From the NCBI GenBank assembly GCA_964620765.1, contig CAZUKF010000003.1, positions 1 through 36,532 on the forward strand: a stretch of 36,532 nucleotides of DNA, given 5' to 3'. A program made the translations under genes and the position numbers. The notes beneath the pieces were generated by a model. The model made no database searches. It was not told the DNA's origin and saw nothing but the letters and a program-made list of their open reading frames with translations. Below, piece by piece: positions 26,218-33,953 of this stretch. How positions within the stretch are numbered: the stretch's first letter is position 1; the number at the start of each line of letters is the position of its first letter. The DNA comes from an uncultured Rickettsiales bacterium (GTDB lineage: Bacteria > Pseudomonadota > Alphaproteobacteria > Rickettsiales > SXRF01).

Positions 26218-27084
26218 ATGAAATCCATCAGCTCTGAACTCGCCGCGCATATCGCGGGCGAGGTGACCACGCTCGCCACCTGCTGGAAACTCACGCGGCG
26301 CGATGCAACCGTAATGGGATTTACTGATCATGACCGGGATATTTCCTTTGAAAGCATAAATTACGCGGCAGCCAGCGGTTTTACGCCCGGCGCGGTGGGT
26401 AGCACAGCGAGTCTCGCGGTGGATAACCTGGAAGTGGAGGGAATGCTTTCCGCCGGGTTCATTACCGAGGCGGACATCATGGCCGGGAAATATGATTTCG
26501 CGGAGATCAGTATTTTCATGCTCAACTACGCCGATCTCACTCAGGGCACGCTGAAGTTGCGGCGCGGCTGGTTGGGGGAGGTGTCCTTAAGCCGTAGCCA
26601 TTTCGTGGCCGAGCTGCGCGGGCTTGCGCAACGGCTTGCGCAGAATATCGGCGAGCTTTACAGCCCAAGTTGCCGCGCCACGCTGGGCGATGCGCGCTGC
26701 AAGGTGAACCTGGCGGAACACACGGTGAGTTCGGCCGTTACAACGGCAGGGGGGCGGCAGGAATTTACCGCCACGGGCGTTACGGGCACCTCCGGTATTT
26801 ACGCGCTTGGGCAGGTGAGTTTTACTTCCGGTGCGAACAACGGGCTTTCCATGGAGATCAAGGAGCACAGTTATAATGCCACCACCGGCGCGCGCGTGGT
26901 ATTGGCGCTGCCCATGCCTTATGCGATCAGCGCCGGTGACACGTTCGATATTATCAAGGGCTGCGACAAAACGCTGGCAACCTGCGAGGCGCGCTTTGCC
27001 AACGTGGTGAATTTCCGCGGCGAGCCGCACGTGCCGGGGCTGGACCGGATGCTGGAGACGGCGGGCACAAGGAGTAGTTGGTAG
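26218..27084 (+). CDS. DUF2163/TIGR02218 baseplate hub protein (GTA g13)
   Basis: TTLATCW.LTRRD...GFTDHDRD; L.VDN.EVEG; C.A.LGDARC; GCDK...TC..RF.N.VNFRGEPHVPG. Confidence 0.97.
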   Translation: MKSISSELAAHIAGEVTTLATCWKLTRRDATVMGFTDHDRDISFESINYAAASGFTPGAVGSTASLAVDNLEVEGMLSAGFITEADIMAGKYDFAEISIFMLNYADLTQGTLKLRRGWLGEVSLSRSHFVAELRGLAQRLAQNIGELYSPSCRATLGDARCKVNLAEHTVSSAVTTAGGRQEFTATGVTGTSGIYALGQVSFTSGANNGLSMEIKEHSYNATTGARVVLALPMPYAISAGDTFDIIKGCDKTLATCEARFANVVNFRGEPHVPGLDRMLETAGTRSSW

Positions 27085-27180
27085 TTGTTAGTCGTTAGTT
27101 GTTAGTTAGTGGACAGTTTTCGTGGGGATATGTATTACTACTAATGACTAATCAACTAACGACTAAGAACTAATAACTGG
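27075..27180. repeat. Inverted heptamer tandem array (TAGTTGT-type)
   Basis: TAGTTGG TAGTTGT TAGTCGT TAGTTGT ... TGACTAA CAACTAA CGACTAA GAACTAA. Confidence 0.8.
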
Positions 27181-27182
27181 CC

Positions 27183-27401
27183 ATGTCCGTCGTTGCGAAC
27201 TTCGTAAAAGGTATGCTCTCGGTGATTACCGTCACCGCCAGCCCACAGCTTTACCGCTACCCTTACCGCACGTCCTCGGAAGGCCTGCGCGGGGATATGC
27301 TGCGCGTGGGCGAAGACGTGGAAAGCGTGATCGGGCAGTTGCAGGATTGGTCGCCCGACGGTAAGCCAAGGCGGCGTAAACGGGGGAAACGGAATGCCTG
27401 A
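27183..27401 (+). CDS. Small hypothetical protein overlapping the DUF2335 gene
   Basis: 72 aa; 8-bp overlap with the next gene. Confidence 0.7.
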   Translation: MSVVANFVKGMLSVITVTASPQLYRYPYRTSSEGLRGDMLRVGEDVESVIGQLQDWSPDGKPRRRKRGKRNA

Positions 27402-27945
27402 AGAAGCCGAGTACAGCAAGGAACAGCAGGAGCGGCCCTACCGCACCGGCGGTTATCAGCAGGGCCAGCGCCCGCGCGAGAATAGAGACCGCCCGCGGGA
27501 CCGCGTGGTGGAATTCCTGCCGCACCCGGATATCCTTGAGAGCTACAACTACGTAGTGGAGGGCTCCGCCCGCATGATTCTTGCGATGTTCGAGACCGAG
27601 CAGAAACACCGGCACGAATGGGAGCGCGTTTCTTTGCGCATTTATAGCTTCAGCTCCATCCTGGGGCAGCTTTTGGGTTTCTTCATCGCCATCTCGGTGT
27701 TTGCCAGTGCCACCATGATCGGCATTTACGGCAACACCACCATCGCCGCGTTCATCTGGGTGTTCGGCATGGCCGTGGTGGTGATGGCGGGGCTGGTATG
27801 GGCCTATGCGAAGAGCATGGGGCAGCGGCCGCTGTTTGCGCGGCCCAGCATGCGCCAGCATTACCGGCCGGTGAAAGAGCGTGAGCAGGTGCAGCCGCCG
27901 CCGGAAGAGCCGCAGCAGGAACCGCAGCCGCCGCCGGCGCAATAA
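27394..27945 (+). CDS. DUF2335-family membrane protein
   Basis: LPHPDIL.SY..VV.GSA.MIL.MFE.EQKHRH.WE followed by two TM helices. Confidence 0.85.
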   Translation: MPEEAEYSKEQQERPYRTGGYQQGQRPRENRDRPRDRVVEFLPHPDILESYNYVVEGSARMILAMFETEQKHRHEWERVSLRIYSFSSILGQLLGFFIAISVFASATMIGIYGNTTIAAFIWVFGMAVVVMAGLVWAYAKSMGQRPLFARPSMRQHYRPVKEREQVQPPPEEPQQEPQPPPAQ

Positions 27946-27957
27946 TTTTGTTTAAAC

Positions 27958-28060
27958 AGTCTCCCTGCGCTAAAGCTTCGGGAGACACTCCTGCGCCTAA
28001 GATCGGCCTTCGCGCGTCAGGCCAAGTGGCCTGCCACCCGAAGCCGAAGGCGTAGGGTGG
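27958..28060. repeat. Palindromic repeat abutting the tRNA 3' end
   Basis: gtctccc...gggagac and gcctgccacccgaagccgaaggcgtagggtgg hairpins; related to the portal insertion. Confidence 0.6.
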
Positions 28061-28104
28061 CGCACCCGATTGGACTCGAACCAACAACCTTTGCCTTCGG
28101 AGGG
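28058..28104 (-). pseudogene. 3' half of tRNA-Arg(CCG); attachment-site remnant
   Basis: Minus strand CC-CTCCGAA-GGCAA-AGGTT-GTTGG-TTCGAGT-CCAAT-CGGGTGC-G-CCA. No D-arm or 5' acceptor strand upstream. Confidence 0.88.
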
Positions 28105-28124
28105 TGCCGGAAGCAACTTACTTC

Positions 28125-28251
28125 GTGCTACCCCGATTTGCAACACATTACTATATCCATTGTAATTAATTGATTTTTGACGTATGACCTTTGCCTATGG
28201 TTGAGCAAAATTACTTCGATTTACCCAAAGCGTGCTACCCCGGTGCTACCC
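28125..28251 (+). repeat. Putative integrase arm-binding direct repeats (GTGCTACCC x3)
   Basis: Copies at 28125-28133, 28232-28240 and 28243-28251, between att and int. Confidence 0.6.
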
Positions 28252-28262
28252 AGAGAGGTTTT

Positions 28263-29603
28263 ATGTCAGAAAAAGCGGAAGCCAGAAAACGCCTGTCTAA
28301 GACGATTGTCGATGACGCAAAGCCGAAAGAGAAAGATTACATCGTATGGTGCGGCAAGCTGGCTGGATTCGGCTGCCGGGTACGGACAACGGGCACGAAG
28401 TCCTTTATTGCTCAATACCGCGTTGGCGGACGCAACAGCCCGGTGCGAAAAGTCACCATCGGCACTTACGGCAAGTTGACGGTAGAGGATGCTTATAAAG
28501 CGGCATTGAAGATACTAGCGCAAGCGGAGTTAGGCGACGATGTTGCTGCCACACGCGCCAAACAACGCGCTGAAATGACTGTGGCACAACTATGCGATGA
28601 ATACTTGCGGGATGGCTGTGACCACAAAAAAGAATCGACCATTCTAAGCGATAAGGGCCGCATTGAGCGCCACATTAAGCCGCTCTTGGGCCGCAAGCGC
28701 ATCGGCGAGGTCAAGCGGGCCGATATTGAGCGCTTCTTGCGCGACGTGGCGACTGGCAAGACCGCTGTTGATGAAAAAACTAAGAAACACGGCAGGGCCA
28801 GAGTGACGGGCGGCAAGGGCACCGCCACGCGCACGGTGCGTCTGTTAGGGGGCATTTTCAGCTACGCGGTGGCGCGGGGTTATCTTGAATCCAATCCCCG
28901 TTTTGGCGTGAAGGTGTATGCCGATGGCAAGGGAGAGCGATTTTTGTCTTCCGAGGAACTGCAACGGCTTGGTGATGCGCTGCGTGAGGCAGAGACAACT
29001 GGCTTGCCGTGGCACTTCGAGGAAGGCAAAAAGGCGAAGCATCGCCCGGTAAAGGCGGAAAACACGCGGGAAATTATCTCGCCTTTCGTAGTTGCCGCCA
29101 TTCGCCTGATGATGTTCACCGGCTGCCGCACCGGGGAAATTCTAAATCTGCGCTGGAAAGAGGTCGATTTTGAGCGGGGATTTTTGCATCTTCCCGATTC
29201 TAAAACGGGTGCAAAGATGGTGCTGCTTGCCGCGCCCGCTTTGGAAGTGCTGGCGGAACTACCGCGCATCGGAGATTATGTCATCGCCGGTTCACAGCCC
29301 TATAAACCCCGCAGCGATATTAAACGCCCGTGGAACCGCATCACGCGCTATGCCGGTATGGAAAATCTGCGCTTGCATGACCTACGCCATTCCTTTGCGT
29401 CCGTGGGCGCGATGTCCGGCATGGGTTTGGGTATGGTAGGTAAGCTACTGGGCCATGCCTCCCCTGTCACCACGGCCCGTTATTCACACTTCGCCGATGA
29501 CCCGCTACGCCGCGCCTCCGAACAGATTGCCAGTACCATCGCTGCCGCGATTAAGCCAGCGGCGGGCGGCGAGAAGGTAGTGACGTTGAAAAAAGGCAGA
29601 TAG
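28263..29603 (+). CDS. int: Tyrosine recombinase/integrase with N-terminal arm-binding domain
   Basis: TGCR, DSKTG, LHDLRHSFAS, LLGH, TTARY; RBS GAGAGG before ATG 28263. Confidence 0.96.
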   Translation: MSEKAEARKRLSKTIVDDAKPKEKDYIVWCGKLAGFGCRVRTTGTKSFIAQYRVGGRNSPVRKVTIGTYGKLTVEDAYKAALKILAQAELGDDVAATRAKQRAEMTVAQLCDEYLRDGCDHKKESTILSDKGRIERHIKPLLGRKRIGEVKRADIERFLRDVATGKTAVDEKTKKHGRARVTGGKGTATRTVRLLGGIFSYAVARGYLESNPRFGVKVYADGKGERFLSSEELQRLGDALREAETTGLPWHFEEGKKAKHRPVKAENTREIISPFVVAAIRLMMFTGCRTGEILNLRWKEVDFERGFLHLPDSKTGAKMVLLAAPALEVLAELPRIGDYVIAGSQPYKPRSDIKRPWNRITRYAGMENLRLHDLRHSFASVGAMSGMGLGMVGKLLGHASPVTTARYSHFADDPLRRASEQIASTIAAAIKPAAGGEKVVTLKKGR

Positions 29604-29606
29604 AGC

Positions 29607-30224
29607 ATGGCAGAATATCAAGAATGCTCTTTATGCAGCCAAACACGCTCATGCCAATTTTGTGATTTTGAAGCGCTAAAAGCTACGGTTGAGAATCGCC
29701 TTTGGCCCCAAAAATATATTCGTACCCCGGAAGGGTACAAAAAAGTCATTTGCTTCGATGCAAGCAATGTTCCTCCCAATCCCATGAAGCCCACTAAGCG
29801 TGACGAAAAAAGAAAGTTATCGCTGAGATTTGGGGAAATTCCACGAGGATATAATTTAGAGGTATTAGCCGCATACATGCAATCTAACGCCGAAATTACG
29901 AGAGAGGCACGTTTGTGGCTCTCGGAGTTGTTTTCAAAAAAGAGTGGGTATGCGTACAAGTTGACAATATCGGGACGTGCAGACGAGGGCATTGCGGATA
30001 AGCAAGAAAATGGCGAAACACCCCACTGGTACGCCGTTAAGGACTATAAAGCGCTTCGTGAAGCAATAGGCGATACCAAGGCCAAAGAAAAAATTGTAAA
30101 GAGTTACAACATCAGTCAGCGCAAACTTAATGAAGCGATAATAGAGTATGAAGATGAAGAATCAAAAAAGGCAGGATTAGAACCAAAAAAGAGGCAACGC
30201 GGAAGACCCAAAAAATACGCATAA
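29607..30224 (+). CDS. Hypothetical protein (N-terminal CxxC...CxxC, C-terminal AT-hook-like RGRPKK)
   Basis: 205-aa ORF starting just after the int stop. Confidence 0.7.
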   Translation: MAEYQECSLCSQTRSCQFCDFEALKATVENRLWPQKYIRTPEGYKKVICFDASNVPPNPMKPTKRDEKRKLSLRFGEIPRGYNLEVLAAYMQSNAEITREARLWLSELFSKKSGYAYKLTISGRADEGIADKQENGETPHWYAVKDYKALREAIGDTKAKEKIVKSYNISQRKLNEAIIEYEDEESKKAGLEPKKRQRGRPKKYA

Positions 30225-30316
30225 GTATTTTGTTCCGGGTATTTTCCTACGCTGTCCAAGCGGAGGAATAGCAAACATATTCGAACCATCTCAGTACATG
30301 AAAAGGAGATGGTTCG

Positions 30317-30547
30317 ATGAGCCAAAAACTCAAAAAATACCTGCGCCGGAAGCAAGCCGCTGAATATCTCCAAGAGCGCTACGGCGCGTACACCAATGAC
30401 ACACTGGCAAAGCTGGCGTGTATAGGCGGCGGGCCTCTCTTTAAGAAGCTAGGGCCATACCCTGTTTATACTCCCGAAGATTTGGACGCATGGGCGGAAT
30501 CGCGCATGTCACGTCCGGTTCACAGCACCTCTGAATTATCGGTGTAG
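30317..30547 (+). CDS. Excisionase/AlpA-like HTH DNA-binding protein
   Basis: YLRRKQAAEYL...TLAKLAC.GGGP.F.K.G...Y...DLDAW; RBS AAGGAG. Confidence 0.88.
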   Translation: MSQKLKKYLRRKQAAEYLQERYGAYTNDTLAKLACIGGGPLFKKLGPYPVYTPEDLDAWAESRMSRPVHSTSELSV

Positions 30548-30550
30548 CAT

Positions 30551-32656
30551 ATGACTGATACGGCTCCCATAGCCGCTATCGCAGAGTTTCGGTCGCAATT
30601 ATGGAAGTGCGGCTATCGGCCTGTAGCTGTCTATAGCAATGATAAACGCCCTGTTGGTAATGGATGGCATGAAAGAGCACAGCAAGACCCTCCCGAAGCC
30701 GCTAGCGCAACGCCTGAAATGTCCGCACTTAATACAGGCATTATTTGCGGTGGACTTAGGGCAGTCGATATTGATGTCGATGACGAAGTGATTGCCGGGG
30801 AGATTCATGCGTTATGTATAGCGCTGTTGGGCGGAGCGCCTGTAAGATTCCGTTCAGATAGTCCACGTCGCCTATTGCTTTACAGGGCCACAGAGGGAAA
30901 ACCGCCGAAGCGGGCAGCAAAGGGAAAATACGGCAAAGTAGAAATTCTCGGTTCGGGCCAGCAATGCGTTGTAGCTGGCATCCATCCAAACGGAGCCACT
31001 TTTCAATGGAACCCATCTGATTCCCTGACTGCATATCATAGAGATTCTCTTAATTCCGTATCAGAAAAGGTGATAGACACATTTTTAGAAGCCATATCCA
31101 CGCTGCTAGAACCAGATGTGCCAGCAAAACAAGCTGTGCCATCAGGTCAATATAACACGACTTATCTTGATAAGCTGGTTAACGGCCTTGCTGAAATGAC
31201 GGATGGTACACACCGCAATAGCGCACTGTTTTACGCCGCTCGTTGTGTGGGTGAAGGTATCACGGCAGGCCTCATAGATGAAAAAACGGCGATTGAAAAG
31301 ATATGGCAAGCTGCATCAGCAAATGGGTATGTTGCGAAAGATGGCGCGTTAGTAGCATGGAAGACGCTGCAATCTGGTCTTAAAGCGGGTAAGCGGGGAT
31401 TATCAGGAACTTCCAGTATACAGGCAGCGTTTATACAGGCGTCCCCGTTTGAGTGGATGACTCCCGTTGATATTCCTCGCCGCATGTGGCTTTATGGTAA
31501 GCATTATATTATGGGCTTTGTGTCGGCTACGGTAGCACCCGGCGCAGTAGGAAAATCCTCACTTATTACTGCCGAAGCCATAGCTATTGCTATAGGGCGC
31601 AATCTTTTAGGCTACCATCCCGATTTGTCCGTTCGAGTATGGTACTGGAACGGTGAAGACCCTGCTGACGAAATTCGGCGAAAGATTACAGCGACGATGC
31701 TGCGCCATAAAGTACGATATGAAGAACTCGAAAATCGCCTATTCGTAAATTCAGGACGTGATACGGAAATCATCGTAGCGAAGACGACCAGAGATGGAGC
31801 AGTCATACAAGAACCTGTGGTGCAAGCCGTTGAAGACGCCATTATCACCAATGACATCGGCCTATTAATTATCGACCCGTTTATCACTTGCCATGAGGTT
31901 TCGGAGAACGATAACGGCGCAATTAATCAGGTTGTTAAGATATGGCGCAGAATCGCTGAAAAAACCGGATGCGCGATAGAACTGGTGCATCACTCTCGCA
32001 AAACCAATGGTAACGAAACAACGATTGATGATGCGCGTGGCGCATCATCGTTGACCTCTGCCGTACGTTCAGCACGCACACTCAACTTAATGTCAAAATC
32101 GGATGCCGAAAAACTGCAAATTGATGTGCCCCGTAGTTATGTGCGTGTTGATGAAGGTAAGCCCAACCTTGCCCTACCTGAACACGCATGGTGGTTTAAG
32201 CTAGAATCCATAGCACTTGGCAATGGCCTGATGGGTACAGACGGAGATTTGGTCGGCGTTGCAGTACCGTGGCGATGGCCGCAATCTACGTTGCATGTCT
32301 CAAATGAACAAATGCACGCATTGGGGGAAGCATTAGCTGGCAATGATTGGCGTTATGACCCGCAAGCAAAAGAATGGATAGGATATGAATTTGCGAACGT
32401 ACTCTGCCTCCATGCAAAACAACATAAGCGTTACCTCGAAAACCTAGTGAAGCAATTACTCAATTTAGGTGCATTAGAACTATTCACTACACGAAATAAG
32501 ACACGCAAAGAATGTTCGTATGTTCGCGTAAAAGATTGGTCAAAAGCACCTTGCTCCACCTCACAAGGTGCAGTGGAGCAAGGTAGCGCGGTAGTCCCCG
32601 AATCTGCGCCACCACCACCCCTATTTATGGGTGGTGGCGTGGTGGAAGACGCATAG
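30551..32656 (+). CDS. Primase-polymerase fused to an AAA_25/RepA-like helicase
   Basis: KRP..GW, NTGI, AVDIDVD, G.HP.G; PriCT-like RN.ALF; Walker A APGAVGKSS, LLIIDP, LVHHSRK, RGASSL. Confidence 0.9.
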   Translation: MTDTAPIAAIAEFRSQLWKCGYRPVAVYSNDKRPVGNGWHERAQQDPPEAASATPEMSALNTGIICGGLRAVDIDVDDEVIAGEIHALCIALLGGAPVRFRSDSPRRLLLYRATEGKPPKRAAKGKYGKVEILGSGQQCVVAGIHPNGATFQWNPSDSLTAYHRDSLNSVSEKVIDTFLEAISTLLEPDVPAKQAVPSGQYNTTYLDKLVNGLAEMTDGTHRNSALFYAARCVGEGITAGLIDEKTAIEKIWQAASANGYVAKDGALVAWKTLQSGLKAGKRGLSGTSSIQAAFIQASPFEWMTPVDIPRRMWLYGKHYIMGFVSATVAPGAVGKSSLITAEAIAIAIGRNLLGYHPDLSVRVWYWNGEDPADEIRRKITATMLRHKVRYEELENRLFVNSGRDTEIIVAKTTRDGAVIQEPVVQAVEDAIITNDIGLLIIDPFITCHEVSENDNGAINQVVKIWRRIAEKTGCAIELVHHSRKTNGNETTIDDARGASSLTSAVRSARTLNLMSKSDAEKLQIDVPRSYVRVDEGKPNLALPEHAWWFKLESIALGNGLMGTDGDLVGVAVPWRWPQSTLHVSNEQMHALGEALAGNDWRYDPQAKEWIGYEFANVLCLHAKQHKRYLENLVKQLLNLGALELFTTRNKTRKECSYVRVKDWSKAPCSTSQGAVEQGSAVVPESAPPPPLFMGGGVVEDA

Positions 32657-32667
32657 CGAAAAGGAGT

Positions 32668-33159
32668 ATGAACATGAACGATTGGCCGAACGTACCACCC
32701 CCACCCCCCATAGAAAATTCATCCCCTGATACCCATCCTGTGAAAAATACACGGGGGGCTGAAAAAAACATGGTCATTTTTTCCGGGGGGAGTTCATTTG
32801 TACCGCCTGATGTTACAGGCCAAGTACAGAATACGGCCCAGTTTCAGCCGGGGGTTAGTGGCAATCCACAAGGACGGCCCAAAGGTTCGCGCAATCGTTT
32901 CAGCGAACTATTCATGAAGACATTGGTGGATGACTTCGCGGCCAATGGAGCGGAGGCGTTAGCGAAGCTGAGAACACGCGACCCGGAAGTGTATTTCAGG
33001 TTGATTGTTTCATTGGTGCCTAAGTCGCTGATTCTCAAATACGAGGAAACACGCGGCATAGACTACGACAACATAACCGAGGAAGAATTTTTGCAATTAC
33101 TCAATGATTTGCAGCGTCGTAAGGTTATGCAGCAAGCGGTGCAGACGGTGAGTGAGTAA
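32668..33159 (+). CDS. DUF5681-domain protein (small-terminase-like)
   Basis: QFQPGVSGNPQGRPKGSRN motif; RBS AAGGAG. Confidence 0.82.
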   Translation: MNMNDWPNVPPPPPIENSSPDTHPVKNTRGAEKNMVIFSGGSSFVPPDVTGQVQNTAQFQPGVSGNPQGRPKGSRNRFSELFMKTLVDDFAANGAEALAKLRTRDPEVYFRLIVSLVPKSLILKYEETRGIDYDNITEEEFLQLLNDLQRRKVMQQAVQTVSE

Positions 33160-33538
33160 TAGCGTTTGCTTGTTCGCTTTTGCCATTCGCTTTCTCGATA
33201 TGTTTGCGTTCGGCATACTCAAACAGGCAGTATAGTTGATGCGCGGCTTCGCGCCCCTGTTCAAACATGGCGTGGCGTTCGGGTGTTAGTTTGAAATGCG
33301 GGTCTTTGCGGATAGCGAGTAAGATAGCACTGGCGGCTGCGGTCATGGAGATTGCGCCTTCCAGTGTCGCGGATTGCCGGTGGTGCTCCTGGTAAGGCGA
33401 GAAGGCTTTAACGGCGTAGCAGAGGCAGAAAGCCACTGCCGTGACAGTCCCGGCTGCTGCCAGCACAATCAACGCCTGAATCAGCGGAATGCTGGTGTGA
33501 TATTTACTGAGCGCATCCGCCCAAAAATTGTATTCCAT
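33125..33538 (-). CDS. Hypothetical membrane protein
   Basis: MEYNFWADAL... then a TM helix; start 33538 chosen to leave room for the divergent control region. Confidence 0.6.
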   Translation of the reverse strand: MEYNFWADALSKYHTSIPLIQALIVLAAAGTVTAVAFCLCYAVKAFSPYQEHHRQSATLEGAISMTAAASAILLAIRKDPHFKLTPERHAMFEQGREAAHQLYCLFEYAERKHIEKANGKSEQANAITHSPSAPLAA

Positions 33539-33606
33539 AATGACACCGATGGTATGGTTTCGATGAAGACTATAAGTGTCACGCGCTGATATTGCAAGAA
33601 AAACTC

Positions 33607-33632
33607 CACTCATAGTCGGTGGACTCATAGTC
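33607..33632 (+). promoter_or_regulatory. Tandem C-box operator
   Basis: CACTCATAGTC-GGTG-GACTCATAGTC (GACT-N3-AGTC twice, 4-nt spacer). A third box, CACTTATAGTC, lies on the minus strand at 33568-33578. Confidence 0.8.
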
Positions 33633-33655
33633 TTCATAATACAAGACTTGGCTCC

Positions 33656-33880
33656 ATGGAAAAAGCTGAGTTACAGAAAGTTAGAAAGAAGTTTGGCGAG
33701 CATGTCCGCGCTCTCCGAAAAGAGCATGGTTATTCTCAGGAAGACTTTGCCCATGAATGCGGTATCCACCGCACCTATATGGGGGACGTGGAACGCGGCG
33801 AGCGTAATATCTCAATTGATAACATCGCCCGCATTGCCAAGGCGCTTGGCGTGAAAATTCACGAACTTTTTGATTTCTAA
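33656..33880 (+). CDS. XRE-family HTH protein, R-M controller (C-protein)-like
   Basis: FG..VR.LR...G.SQE.FA..CG.HRTY...VERGERNIS..NI..IA.ALGV. Confidence 0.92.
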   Translation: MEKAELQKVRKKFGEHVRALRKEHGYSQEDFAHECGIHRTYMGDVERGERNISIDNIARIAKALGVKIHELFDF

Positions 33881-33953
33881 AAATATCTATGCGGTCGATA
33901 GATGGCAGTTGTGGGCTTTCTGCCTATTAGCTGGTTAGAATTTTGTCCTGTGG

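Noticed and set aside
5715-27180. CRISPR array
   Set aside because: The repeats are heptamer arrays or hairpins without unique spacers, and there are no cas genes.
126-27942. Many long shadow ORFs (e.g. 678-1433, 2342-3046, 6604-7374, 16111-16878, 19832-21481, 27232-27942)
   Set aside because: They are antisense or off-frame to well-supported genes in GC-rich DNA and carry no motifs.
28058-28135. Complete tRNA-Arg gene
   Set aside because: Only the anticodon loop to CCA is present; there is no D-arm or 5' acceptor strand.
33576-33953. Restriction-modification system
   Set aside because: Only the controller-like gene and its boxes are present; no methyltransferase or nuclease is in the window.
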